DNA of 64,000 bases. Origin: Cyanophora paradoxa CCMP329. Taxonomy: Eukaryota; Plantae; Glaucophyta. This document shows positions 35,995 through 48,718 of this stretch, piece after piece. The stretch spans positions 310,001 to 374,000 of the forward strand of contig QPMI01000062.1 in assembly GCA_004431415.1 (NCBI GenBank). Reading direction: 5' to 3'. Each line of letters opens with the position of its first letter. Positions within the stretch are counted from its first letter, which is position 1. The position numbers were made by a program, and so were the translations under genes. The notes below the pieces were generated by a model. It was not told the origin of the DNA and ran no database searches. It worked only from the letters and a program-made list of their open reading frames with translations.

Positions 35995-38900
35995 ATGGAC
36001 CGGGAGTCGATACGAAAGCTCAAGGTCAAGAGCAAGGACATCTTCCAGGCTTTCTCTGCGCTGAATGAGACTGAGAAGGTGCTGCTGGGAAATCGGCACA
36101 GCCGCCGGCCCCGCCCGCCGCGCCCGCAGGCGCCAGCGCCGTGCTGATGGCGACCGGCGCGCCCCTGCAGGCCGTCGTAAAGGCCACTAACAGGCGCAAT
36201 CGTCTTCCGAAGGAGAAGCACATCCGCAGTGCGCTTGCCGCCCGCGCCGGGGAGCGCGCCAAGTGGTTGTTCTTCCCGCGTCTCATGTGGCCGGCGCGGC
36301 GCGCCCTGCAGCCATTCTGATCAAGTCTCGAGGCGGCGATGTTGTCAATCTGTGCCGGGCCCTCTTCCGGCGCTACCACGAGAAGGAATTCCAGGTGGGA
36401 CGATTGCTGTTCCTTCTTGCGACCGCTGGGGTGCCGCGCTCACTGTTCCGAACCTGCCATACTCTGCAGACTGTGCTTAAGGCTCTTTACGTCACGCACC
36501 GCACCCTGCGCGACGGCTCGAAGTACTTCGTCGACGAGTGCTTTGCAGGCAAGCACCACCTCCAGCTGAATAGCTACGTGGACAAGACAAATGCCGAATG
36601 TGAGTCAAGCTCGCACTTCCCCGCCCGGCGGCCCGGAGTCGGGCCCGGCCCCGCTAACGTGCAGCAGCGCGCGACCAGACCCTCTTCATCCGCGTGTACG
36701 CCCAGTACATCGAAGAGTGGGTCACGACCTACCGGGTTCGTTCCAAGACGAAGCAGAGCCTTCTGCCCGCGCGCCCCGCGCTACCTTGCCCGCCTGATCC
36801 ACCGTGGCGCAGCAAAGCTCCATTCGGCCCCCTGAGCGCGACGGCTTCGAGGATCCCGAGAAGGTTCACGATTCTTTGCATCTTTCTAAATGCGCTTAGC
36901 GCCGCCTTTAAGACATGTCAGCTGCCGCCGTTTTTGTTCCGTTGCGCTACGAGAGGGCCCTGACGGTCCTGCCGCGCGCAGCTCCGGAAGAAGGAAAGCG
37001 AAGACATGCGCAACGTTTCGATCAAGGACCTGCTGCACGAGATCCCGCCGCTGGTGCGCGGCTCCGGCGCCGGCCGCCCGCGTCCCTCTCCCGACGCCGT
37101 CCGACGCCGTCCGCCGCAGATGAACCAGCTGCGCGCCGCGATCCACTGCGAGGTCCGCACGAGCCCTGCGCGGGCCCCTGCGGGCGAAGCGATGCGATGG
37201 GGGCGCGCAGCCGACGGGCGGGGCGCTGCGGCACGTGGTCTCGCTGAGCGCCTTCACGCTCGTGCTCCGCGACACCTTCCGCCTCTACCGCCTCCTCAAC
37301 GAGGGCGTCATCCGCATCCTCGGTCCGCGCGCCGCGCGCCGCGCGCCGCGCGCCCCGCTGCCCTCGCGCCGCGGCGCCGAGCGGGCCGGCCGCAGACGCG
37401 TACTTCGACATGGAGCGGAACGACGCGAAGGAGGCGCTCAAGATCTACCGCGCCTTCGTCACCGAGACCGACGCCCTCATCAAGTACTACCAGGGTCCGC
37501 CCCCCCCGCAGCGCCCTCCCGCCCCCCTCCCGACCGACCGGGCGGGCCCCGCAGTGGCAAAGAACTCGGGTGCCATTGAGTCTCGGGCCATCCCGGACGT
37601 CAAGCCGGTGCGCCCCGCCCCGCCCCGCCCCGCCCCCGCCGCCCGCCCGGGCCGCGCCGAGCCGCGGCGCAGTGCCCGCCGGACTTCATCGACTCGCTGG
37701 AGCTCTACATCGACACGCTGAAGAAGGGGAAGAAGATGGAGAACAAGCCGAAGCTCTCGCTGCCGCGCGCCGGGACGCCGCCGCGCTCGGGCTCCAACTC
37801 GCCCCGGCGGCGCGCCTCGCGGGACGTCGAGAAGACGGAGGACGGCTCGAGCAGCGACTCGTCCGAGAGCAGCGGCAGCGGCAGCGACAACGACCGCTCC
37901 TCCCGCAAGAAGAAGGGCAAGGACAAGAGGGGCAAGGACAAGGACAAGGGCAAGGAGGAGAAGGGCAAGGAGGAGACCCCCAAGAAGCAGGACCTTCTCA
38001 GCTTGGAGACCCCCGAGACGCTGGCCGCCGCCTCCGGCGGCACCGACTTCTTCGGTCCGCCTCGCGCGCCCCGCCGCCCCCCGGCCCCGCGCCCGCCTGA
38101 CGCCGCCGCCCGCAGCGTCGCCCTCGGCGGCCGCGACGGACTTCTTCTCGCAGCCGGCCGCCGCCGCCGCCTTCGCATCCTCCTCCAACCCCTTCGCCGC
38201 CGTGCGCGCCCCGCCCGCCCACGCGGGGAGCGCCGGGCCGACGGGGCGGGGGCAGGGGGCGGAGGCCTCGTCGAACCCCTTCTCGGCGACGCCGCCGATG
38301 TTCCCGTCGAGCCCGTCGATCAGCCCGACGGGGGGCAGGGGCGCGAGCAACCCGTTCGCCGCGCCGGCCGCCTCGAACGGCTTCCACGCGCTCCCGCCCT
38401 CCGCCGGCGCCCTCGGCTCCATGGCCCCCGGCGGCCTCCCCTCCGCCAACGGCGGCCCCCCCGCCCAGCAGTCCTTCTTCTCCCCCGCCTCCCCCGCCTC
38501 CGCCCAGCAGCAGCAGCAGTCCTTCTTTAGCACCACCCCCTCCCACTCCCATCCCGGTGCGCCCCCCCCGCGCCCGCGCCCCGCCGCTGTCGCCGCCCCG
38601 CCCCGCCTTACGCCGCGCGGGCCGGCAGACCCGTTCGCGGCGGCCTTCGGGGGGCCCTCGCAGGGGCAGGGGGCGGGGGCGTCGGGCTCCTTCTTCCCGA
38701 CGTCGCCGGCGCAGCAGCAGCCGATGGGCTCGATGCAGGGCATGCAGCAGCAGGCGCAGCAGCAGGCCCAGCAGCAGGCGATGGCCTCCATGCAGGGCAT
38801 GCAGCAGGGCATGGTGCGCCCCGCCGCCCCGCCCCCGCCCCCGCCCCGCCCCGCCCCGCCGCCCACGCTGCGCAGATGGGCTTCGGCTCCCAGATGGGCT

Positions 38901-39350
38901 TCGGGCAGCAGCAGGGGATGATGTCGGGCATGGGGATGGCATCCATGGGGCAGCAGCAGCCGATGGGCGGCATGCAGCAGCCGATGGGCGGCATGCAGCA
39001 GCCGATGGGCGGCATAATGCACGGCGGGATGATGGGCGGGCAGATGGGCGGGCCCGCGAGCGGCGGCGTCATCGACCTCAGCGGCCTCTACGCCTCGCAG
39101 CGGCCCATGCAGCCGATGCAGGCCATGCAGCCGCAGGCCACCCCCGCCGACGGCCAGCAGCAGCAGCAGCAGCAGCAGCGACCTGCGTCGACCGGCCCTG
39201 GCGACGCCTTCAAGCCCTCGCACGGGCAGATGGACGACCTGTGCGGCCGCCTTCCCGCGCTGCACCCTGCTTCCATCCGCGCTGACCTTTCTTACGCGCC
39301 GCAGCGTCTCCGCATTGATGACGACAAACTTCTCTGGCAAGAAGTCCTAG
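35995..39350 (+). CDS. ANTH-domain clathrin assembly protein (AP180/PICALM-like)
   Basis: AVVKATN...PKEKHIR, VLKALYVTHRTLRDG, FIRVYAQYIEE, LVLRDTFRLYRLLNEGVIRIL, YFDMERNDAKEALKIY; tail with DLLSLE, three NPF and one DPF motif, Gln/Met-rich. Confidence 0.93.
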
Positions 39351-39752
39351 AAAGGGCTTCAGCCAGACTTAGATATCTGTTAGAACTTGGCTAGGTTAGA
39401 ATGCTTTCTCGTTCCTGTCTTGCGATCGGGGCGCCTGTACGTCTACAAATCCAAATGCGACACCCTCAGCACTTGCACGTGCACGTGAAACCAACCCGCC
39501 AGTGACCCTCACACCCTAAGCCTGGTCGGAAAAGTTATCGTTCATGAAGGCACATGCCAGGATGAATTCAATGTTGAAAGAGAGGGACCAGCATTTTGTA
39601 CAAATACATCGTACGGGCCACGAAGATCGCGGCTCCGACGCATCGACAAACCACACAGGGAAAGGAAGCGGAACTACCTGAGCCTTCTAAAACTCTCGGG
39701 AAGGATGGGGTAACGGAGCAGCTGCAGATGCGCGGCGAGGAAAAGGAGCCGT

Positions 39753-40599
39753 CTAAACATCCTCAGGCTCGATAGAAGACCACAGCTGATATCCCTTCAG
39801 GCCCTCGCAGTAGTACTCGGCGTGCTCCTTCTCGCAAACGATAACGACACCTGAAATGGAAGATCAGATGGGAGGCAGCTGAGCGACGGCAGCGCAATTG
39901 CAGCGGGCGCACCAACACCAGTTGTGTGCGCCTCGAGCATGATATTGACGGCCTGCGCGGAGACGACCCGTAAGGAGACCGCGCGTGTGCAGCGATGCTT
40001 CCTTCTATGCTCTAGAAGAAAAGGGCTCGCACGGGCGCGCGCCGCGCCTATGACTTCGCGGCACGCGGCCCAGTCACCCGCTCTCTCGAGCATTCCGAAG
40101 GCGAGCGAACCTCCTGGTGGGAGATGTTGGGGACCACAGTACGGATCGCCTTGATCACATACTCCATAGTGTTCGCCTCGTCGTTGTGCAGGAGCACCTT
40201 CCACTTGCCCATGAACTCCTCCTCGTTCTCGCGTTCCTTCGACTTGGCACCATCGCCGCCGGTTTCAACCTCCGGCTTCGCGGATGCGGTGTCGGTCTGA
40301 AGCCCGGTCTTGGCGATCTTGGGCGCCGGCTTCAAGACGACCGCGCTGGTCGGGGGCACTACTGTGGCTGCCTGCGACCGCACAACGAAGCGGCGGGTCG
40401 CCGGGCTGCTATCGGCCGTCGAACGAGCGTCCACATGTACACCCACATCGATCTCGCCCGCGAAGAACGTCGAGCGCCGAGAGGACACCGAGGAGACGGG
40501 TGCAGGCTCTGCGGGCTGGAAGCAGGCCGAGGGCGTCGCCTGAAGAACAGAGCCGACGACGCGGCCAGCTCGGAGCGGGACGGCGCTGCAGAACGCCAT
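39753..40599 (-). CDS. clpS: Plastid ClpS (N-degron adaptor of Clp protease) with transit peptide
   Basis: MAFCSAVP...STFFAG transit peptide; WKVLLHNDEANTMEYV...AVNIMLEAHTTGVGVVIVCEKEHAEYYCEGL...SSIEPEDV*. Confidence 0.93.
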
Positions 40600-40725
40600 G
40601 GCAACCGATGATTTTGCGGAGCAAGCGAACTGTACCCGGGTGAATTTGAAGAACTTGAGGAGCGCGACCAGCGCACCGGCTGCAGCGAAGCGAGGGCACG
40701 CGCAGCACATTCCGGATCTGCGGAG

Positions 40726-43346
40726 ATGGCGGGCGGCGGCGGCGGCTCGTTCACGATCTACAACGCGGGGCTCATCGGGCTCGTCCTGACATGCATGCTG
40801 AGCGGCATCTTCATCACGAAGACGGTCATCAAGAAGGAGCCAAAGGGTGCGCCCATTCGACGCATCGGGCGCGCCATCGGCGCGCATTGGAGCTGCGTGG
40901 CCGCTAGGGCGGTTAGCCGCCGCGCGATGCCGGGCCGGCTACTCCTTGCGCTAGCCTCGCGCGGTGCTGGATCGGTTAGCAGTGTCGGCGGCAGCGCGCT
41001 CCGTCGCTGGTCGCCCGATGCCGTTGAGGCGAGTGGTGCGGCGCTGACGCGTCGCGTTCAGATGAGGTCGAGGCGTTCTACTTCTGGCTGCAGGACAACG
41101 GCGCCATCATCAACAAGGTCGCGCTGCACGACTGCCAGGCCGTCGGCCACCACCACAAGCACGCCCAGCCGACGGGCGCCTCCGCCCTCGCGACGGTCGC
41201 CCACGGCGGGCGCGTGATCGCGTCCGAGCTATTGAAGGTGCGCATCTCGCATCCTCCCGCCGTCGGGCCCACGGCAGCCGACGCCGGCTTCGCTCCGCGG
41301 CAGGAGGGGCAAATAGCTATGGACATTCCCGGGAAGCTGGTGCTGAACTGCGACAACCACCACTTCTCGTTCCTGTTCCCGGGCAGCATGCCCCGCCGCG
41401 AGCGCTTCTGCGCGGCGCTCCGCCTGCTCGTCGAGAAGAACCGCGGCGCCGAGTCCTTCTGGGCCCCCTACATCAGTGCGCCGGCCGCCGGCCGCCCGCC
41501 TTGTGCTCCTCACGGGCCGTGCGCGCAGAGCTCCTGCCGCGCGAGAGCATCCTGCTCTGGTACTGGACCAAGGAGGAGGTCGCCGAGCTGCAGAACCCCC
41601 TCGCGAACCGTGCGCGTGCCGCGCCGCGCCGGCCGGCGCGGGGCTGGGGCGACGTGCGCGGCAGGCAAGCTCGAGGAGCTGAACAGTGAGCTGGTGCTCG
41701 CGTACAACACCGCCGTCCTCCGCATCGTCCGCGTGCGTCCCGCCGCCGCGCCGCCCCCGCCGCCGCCGCCGCCACCACGCCGACCGCGGCCAACGCGCGG
41801 GGCGCAGGGGGAGCCGAAGAACGCCCCGGCGGAGCTCTACACGCTCGATAACTACCGCTGGGCCGTCTCCATCGTCTCATCCCGCTCCTGGCAGGCGCGC
41901 CCCGCCCCTGCCCTGCGCCGCCGCGCCCCGCCCGCCGCCGCCGACGGGTGCCGGCGCGCAGGTCGGTCTGGTCCCTTCGCGGATATGGTCCACCACCACG
42001 CCAAGAAGGCGAGCCGGGCCCGGGCGGGCCGGGGGCGGGGCGGGGCGGGGCCGGGTGGGGCGGGGCGCTGAGGGGCGGGGCGCAGGGGCGGAGCTGGAGA
42101 CGTACATCACGACGATCGCGGGGCAGCGCTCCATCACCAACGTCGTTCTGCGCGCCGCCCGCTCCTACAACGCAGGCGAGGAGGTCCGCCCGCCGGCGCC
42201 GCCCTCCCCCGCCGCCCCCCCGCCCCTCACGCCGCCGCCGCTGCAGTTCTACGGCAGCCACGGGGCGCGCATGAGGTGCGGGGCGCGCGCGGCTCTCGCC
42301 CGCGGCCGGCGGCGGCCGAGCGTCGCCTCGCAGCGGGATCGACAGCCTGGCGACCTTCGGGGACCTGCCGAGCTGGGACCTCGACATCCACGAGCACCAG
42401 ATCCTCGTGCGCCCGCCCGCCCTGCGCCCCGCCCCGTCGCCCTCGCCCCGCGCCGAGGGCCGCCGGGCCGCGACGCAGATCCCCTTCCCGAACACGACGC
42501 ACAGCCAGCGGCTCTCGGCGATGATGGCTGACCGCCTCATGACCCTCGGCATCATCGACGAGGAGACGCGGTGCGCGAGGCGCCCAACGCGCCGGCAGCC
42601 GCCCCGCGCCCTCCGAGCGGGGCGCAGGGAGACGCGGTGGATGCTCAAGCACAACGAGCTGGCCTACGAGATGGTCGAGTTCGCCCGCATCGCCGTCTTC
42701 GACCACCCCATGAACGTCCGCGCCCCCGAGCCCGCGCCCCCTTGGCCGTCGCCTCCGCCCACGCGCGCGCCCCCGCCAGATCACCGAGGACGGCAAGTTC
42801 GTCGCCCCGCCGCCGGTGCGCCCCGACACCTTGTCCCGCCCCATCCCGGCGTCCCGCCCGCGCCGGCGTCGAGCGAGCGCGGGGGCGCAGGGCTTCATCG
42901 ACCTCGACAACGAGTGCAAGGCGCTGCGCTACCTGTACCAGAACCTGCGGGACACCCTCACCAAGTACCCCACCTCGCTCGCCGTGCGGCCCTCCCGCCC
43001 ACCGCCCCCCCCCCCCCCTCCCTCCCGCTTGCCGACCGCGGGGCGGGTGCAGGCGGACCGGCGGATCATCGAGACGGAGGCGGGGACGATGACGTACCGC
43101 CGGCGCGCGGCCGTGGAGTGCCGCATGAACGCCAAGATGATCCAGAAGGCCGTCATGAAGGCCCGCCCCGACGCCGCCCCCGCCCCGGCCCCCCTGCCCG
43201 TGCTCGCCGTGACGCCGCCGGCGGCGCAGCTGACGGAGAAGGCGCGGGACGACCTGATCTACGACGTGCGCAAGGCCGACGAGAAGGCCGTGCTTCCGCC
43301 CGCCTGCAGCGAAGGCTGGGAGCCCCTCGACCCCAACTACGGCTAA
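40726..43346 (+). CDS. SET-domain (Rubisco LSMT/SETD3/SETD6-type) protein with N-terminal membrane anchor and altered catalytic motifs
   Basis: FYFWLQDNG, SFWAPYI-LLP, YRWAVSIVSSRSW, LVPFADMVHH, AGEE-FYGSHG, DLDNECKAL...YPTSL; hydrophobic GLIGLVLTCMLSGIFI at the N-terminus. Confidence 0.85.
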
Positions 43347-43574
43347 GCCCCGAGCCCGGCCCCATGTGTGTGTTTCCCAGCTCTGTAGTTGTCTAGTGTG
43401 CAATCTCCGACTGCGTTTTCTCCCGCGATCGATATCCGGGGCGCTGCGCTCGACACGACACACATCTCACATTGAAAACACAGCTGAATCAAATTATGCG
43501 GGAGGGGCTTTACAGTTTAAAACCACAAGTATGGCACAACAGAGACTTCAGGGCGAAGTCGTGAGCCCGGGCCG

Positions 43575-44714
43575 CTAGCTAGGGGCGGCAGGCCGGGCAG
43601 CGGACGCGGCCGGCGCCGCCGCAGCCGGCGCACTCGGTGAAGATCTCGCCGGACATGAGGCCGCCGCCGACGTCCACCGCGACGCCCAGACCCGCGCTGC
43701 ACCGGCGGCAGTCAGGCTCGCGCGATTTGAGATTGCGCGTGGAGGATGAGTGCACGCGAGCCGCACCAGTGACGGCAGGCGCAGTGCCCGGAGCCGTGGC
43801 ACGTCCCGCAGTTGAACTGGCCTTCGTTGTGATCGCTCGAGAACTGCGGAAACGAGGCGCGCGTTGGCGCCGGGCGAGCGCGATCGCCGGCGCGGGGGAT
43901 CGGAGGTCGAACGCACCCGTCCAGTGAACAAAGAGCGAAGGGCGTCGAGGGCCTTTCGCGGCCCCGAGCTCCAGCCGGGCGCTGCACCGTGCGCCGGGCC
44001 GAACGTGGGCGCCGGGACGTAGGAGAGCGTCGAAGTGGGAGTGTCGAGAATCTTGTCGCCGATGCTGTCCTTGCTCGCGGCAAGGAACACGGTCGGCGCA
44101 GCCGACTTCGCCGACGGCTTGCATGCTGATTTCACAGCTGAGACCAGCGCCTTGGCGGCGGGCTCCTCGGCCCGCAAGGCGTGGAGGAAAGGACACGATT
44201 CGGCACTGGTCGCCGGCGACGTGTTGGCCGAGTGCAAGGAAGTCTTCAGGGTCTCGAACGCCTTGATGGACGTCAAGAAGGGGCACGTGTCAGCGCCAGC
44301 AGCCGTGGCGCGGAGCGCGGCGGCCGGACATCCCTTGGCGAGCGGGAGCGCGTCCAGCCGCTGGACCAAGCCGAAGTCCTCCTCCAACTCGGCCTGCGCA
44401 ATAGCAACGCTGCCGATCAGATCGCCGCCCCGAGTCTCCTCCCAGGCAGTTTCAAGTTTGGAAACTGCGTCAATCCCGTCATTGCCTAGAAAACGCGCTG
44501 ATCGCCCATTGCCTCAACTAGAAACTTTGACTGGGGTCCCATAACTCGAAACTAGCCCACGTACGCGAGCTTGAAGCGCGCCCACGAGAGAGCGGGAACA
44601 TAGGCTGACCTTCGGGCCGAACCAGGACGCACGGCTGCCAGGGCTTGAGCAGCCCGCGAGAGCACCGTGGAGCGGGGCAGGCGCCGGGATCGCGGGGGCC
44701 GAGAGGAGCGACAT
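43575..44714 (-). CDS. DnaJ-like (DnaJ-E) zinc-finger protein with three Cys-Pro motifs, probable organellar presequence
   Basis: After splicing: CGTCHGSG, CRHCAGLG, CAGCGGAG, CPAC; upstream GCPAA, TCPFL, SCPFL; N-terminus MSLLSAP...SWFG; start inferred. Confidence 0.75.
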
Positions 44715-44799
44715 CTTGCCAGACAGAGGGGTAGTGCAACGAAGGATCTGTCCACGTACCCAAGCAGTCGACGGCGTCTTGGCGGGCACGCGCGGCGCG

Positions 44800-47700
44800 A
44801 TGCCGCCACGATATTTGCAAGGTGAGTCAAGCCGAGCGTCGAGCGCGCGAGCTGTGTCACGCGGCGCGTGTCGCGGCTAGCGAGGCACCGAACACCTGCG
44901 CAGGTTCGATCGTGCTCGTGAAAGAGAAGGATAAGAACAGCAAGGGGGTGAGAAGGCGATCCGCTGCCCTGCGGCTCTGCGAGCTAAAGTGCTACGACGG
45001 CGCAGGTGCCCGTGTACCTTGGCCGCATTCTGCAGTCCACACCGGACCCGAAGCATGGTCGGCAAATGCCGCGCCCGGCCGTCCGCTGCCGTCGCTGACG
45101 GCGAGCTCGAACATCCAGGCATCCTCTACCAAATCCACTACGTGAACTGCAACCCGAAGTGGGGCGACTGGAGGCCGGAAAGCGACCTTATCCCGGACTC
45201 AACTGAGAACCGGGTCAAGGTGAGCTCCCCGCCCGTCGCCGCCGGCCGCGTGCTGAGCGGGCCGCGTCGGCAGTACAAGTACGAGCCAGTCTACGAGGTG
45301 CGCCCCTCGCGAGTCCCGAGCAGCAGGGCGCGGCCGCCGTCTGACCCGCCCGCGTCTCCCGCTAGGTGGAATCGATCGTCGGCAAGAAGGTGCCGCCGCC
45401 CGGCCGCCGCGCCGCCGCGCCGCCGTCGCTCCGCTGAGCGGCGGTCTTCCGCAGATCGAGCACAACGTGAGCGCCGCCATGTGATGCCTCGCGAAGCGCC
45501 GCCCGCCGCCGCCGAGCGGTCGCGCCGCGCCGCAGGGCATCTTCTACAACGTGAAGTACTTCGGCTGGCCGAATCCGGAGTGGAACAACATCGAGAACCT
45601 GTCGGGGTGCGCGTCGCGGGGTCCGGCGAGCGGTGCCGCGGTGCCCCTCCGAGCGCGCGGCAGGTCGGCCGAGTCCGTGGAGGAGTACGAGAGGCGGCAC
45701 GGCGGCCGCGCGTTCGACGAGCTGCTCGCCGAGTCCGCCGCGATGAAAAACACGTCCATCACCTCCCTCATCACGTCCGCGCCCCGCCCGCCCCGCCTCG
45801 CCCCGGCCCCCCGGCCCCCCGGCCCCGCCGCGAGCCCCGCGCAGGGCCTCTGTGTACGGCACCCACAAGGGCGCCAAGAAGGCCAAGGCAAAGGCCAAGG
45901 CGCCCCCGGCCGTCTCCGCCGTCCGCGTCGTCCCCTCCTCCTCCTCGCAGGCCCCCGCCGCCCCCGCCGCGCCGGCCCCCGCCCCCTCCGCCCCGCAGGC
46001 CAAGAGGCCGCGCAAGAGCGCCGACCCCGCGCCCGCCCCACCGGCGGCCTCCGCTCCTTCCCAGACTCCCCGCTACATCATCCCCGGCCACTTCTCCACC
46101 GCCCCGGCGCCCGCCCCCGCCTCCTCCCCCCCGCCGGCCCCGCCCCCGCCCCGCCCCCGCCCCCGCCCCCGCCCCCGCCCCCGCCCCCGCCTCCGTCCCC
46201 TCTTCGTCCCCCTCCTCCTCCTCCTCAGCGGCGGGGGCGGCGCCGCAGCGGCCGCTGGCGGGCCCGCTGCCGGTGGTCGTGCTGATGCTGTACGGCCCGT
46301 TCGTGGCGACGTGCCCGATCACGCTGGCGCCGAGCGGGACGGACGCCTCGGGGGGGGCGGTGTACGCGGGGGACACGCCGGGGACGCGGCTCCCCGGGCA
46401 CGTGCCCCCCGACGCCGGCTTCGGCGTCCTCGTGGCCCTCGCCCAGCAGCCCCTCGCCACCCTCTTCTTCCCCTCCCTCGCCGCCGCCGACTCTGACCAG
46501 GTCCCGCCCCCCGCCCCGCCCCGCCCCAACCGCCCCAGCGCGAGCGGCGCCCGAGGGCTCCCCGGCAGCCGCACGAGGCGACGAGCGGGGCCGGCGACGT
46601 GGCGAGCTTCCAGTTCAAACGCTCCATCAACAGAGCCGGTGCGCCCCGCCGCCGCCCCGCCCCGCCGCTGCCACCGCCGCGCGCTGAGGCTCGGGTGGGC
46701 AGGGGCGGTGCAGGTGACGGTGGAGGTCCTCTCGCTGCGGCTGGCGCCGGCCCTCCTGCGCGCCGCCGTCGTCTCCCCCGCCGCCCTCGCCGAGCGCTAC
46801 CCCCGCATCCGCTGCGGGGACTCGCCGGGCGACTGGGCGCCCCTGGGGACGGCGGTGGAGGCGCAGAACGCGTTCGCGCACGCGCTGCTCCAGAACGCGC
46901 GCCTCCGCGACGTCTTCCAGCGCGACTCCGAGAACGCCGCCGGCACCCCGCACTGCGCGCCCGCCCGCCCCGCCCCGCCCCGCCCCACCGCCCCGCCGCC
47001 CCGCCCTCCCGCCCGCTCACGCCTCCCGCAGGGTCCTCGTCGTCGGCGGCGTGGTGGCGCGTCGTGCTCGTCTCGTGCCAGATGCCGAACGCGGTGCTGG
47101 GGGCGCTGCAGCGGCGGCGCGCCAAGCTGCTCGCGTGGACGCTGGTGCACGCGGGGGAGGACCGGGACGGCTGGGTCCGCCGGGACGCCGCCCTCGCCAC
47201 CGAGCTCAAGTACTGGCAGGCCCGCCCTCGCCCCCCTCTTCTTCGCCCCCCGCCGGCTCTGACGGGGCGCCGCAGAGCATGGGGAAGTGCTCGCTGGCGC
47301 GGGCGTACGCGGACGCGGGCGGGGTGGGGCGCTCGCGGATCGACGGGGACGCCTCGGGCGCCCTCGGCCTCGTCTTCTTCGGCGCCCTCGACCTCGAGTG
47401 CAGGCGAGCGCGCCCTCGCCCCCCACCCCCCCCACCCCCCACCCACCCCACCCCCCACCCCACCCCACCCCCCACCCACCCGCCCACCCCACCCCACCCC
47501 ACCCACCCACCCCTTCCCCCCCTCCCCCCCCCCCTCCCCTCCCCCGCCCCCGCCCCTGCCTTGGCCCCCGCCTTCGCCCCCCGGCTCACTCGGCGGCAGG
47601 TTCGGGGGCCAGTACGTGACGGGGGGCCGGGACGCGCTGCGGGAGGAGGCGGAGGAGGCGGCGCGGGCGCTGGCGGACCCCGCGGTGCCGAACCAGGACG

Positions 47701-48047
47701 TCCTGCGCCGCCTCTGCGGCCTCCTCACCGACTGGTCCGCCATCGTCATCTCCGGTGCCCCCGCCCGCCCCACCCTCGCACTCCCGGCCCCCGGCGAGCC
47801 GCCCCCGCAGGCGGCATCAGCTCCTTCCTCGCCCGCAAGGCCGGCAGGGGCTACCGCTTCGGCGGCCTCCTCGTCCAGCCCCCCGCCCCGCAGCGCGCCC
47901 CGCCGGCGCCCCACCGTGAGACCGCGCCCGGCCCCGCACCCGTGTGCATGGCGCGCCCGTGATGGCCGCCCCGACCGCCGCGCAGAGCCGGCGTACGCGC
48001 AGCCCTACCAAACAACACCGCACATCGACCTCACCGCCGACTGCTAG
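44800..48047 (+). CDS. Chromatin reader: Tudor-knot/chromo-barrel + chromodomain + unidentified C-terminal domain
   Basis: YQIHYVNCNPKWGDWRPESDL (MRG15/Eaf3-like) and YE-VESIVGKK-IEHN-GIFYNVKYFGWPNPEWNNIENL built from micro-exons; ends PHIDLTADC*. Confidence 0.8.
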
Positions 48048-48180
48048 CCGCACCAGATACATTCGTTCGCGTAACGTACAAATACAGAAAACGTGCATGG
48101 TAGGGGGAAACGCGGATACACGCTTGCGCATCATGGCATGGCAAGAGCGGCCCTGTGGGCGAAGCCCTCGCGATCGCCGT

Positions 48181-48630
48181 CGTCGCGCGCGGCACCCGAG
48201 GCCCGGCCCGGCTTCTTTGCCGGCGAGCCAGCGGGGTACGGCCACAGGGCGTGACGTCACCAGGTCGGCGTGCGCCACCGATCAGCCCCGCGCGGGGCTT
48301 CTAGCGGCTATGCTACATGTAGGAAATGGTGCCTTACGGCGGCGGCTGTTGATCCCACCGCTGCTCGGGGCCTGCTGGCCGTGAAACCGAGAAAGACGAG
48401 CGCCTCACGTGATTATTTTGAATTCACGTGAGAATTTGGACCCCGCCAGAGTCGAACCCAGGCAGGTGAACCCGCCACGCTACAGTCGGGTCTAGGTTGA
48501 ACCACGCGAGAAGTTAGTCGGGCGCTGGTTCGCCCCTGTACCATGCGCAGCCAGCGCAGGAGCGCAAATTTGCTCCCCTCAACGGAGCAACGACGCGTCG
48601 GCGCAGAAGCAGTGCAGCAGCGTAGCACCA
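48181..48630. repeat. 450-bp direct repeat, copy 1
   Basis: Identical to 49989-50438 except at 4 positions (offset 1808). Confidence 0.97.
48404..48432. promoter_or_regulatory. Twin TCACGTGA E-box/G-box palindrome (copy 1)
   Basis: CTCACGTGA-TTATTTTGAAT-TCACGTGAG; a GTGACGTCAC CRE-like palindrome also lies at 48251-48260. Confidence 0.55.
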
Positions 48631-48684
48631 GCGTAGCAGCGGGGGGAGGGGGGGAGGGAGGGGAGGAGGGGGGGAGGCAGAGGG

Positions 48685-48718
<34 letters not shown>

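Noticed and set aside
48330-48470. Possible snRNA or other structured RNA in the repeat (hairpin, U-rich Sm-like words)
   Set aside because: No recognisable U1/U2/U4/U5/U6 conserved motifs, and the hairpin is explained by the twin palindromic E-boxes; an Rfam/Infernal search would settle it
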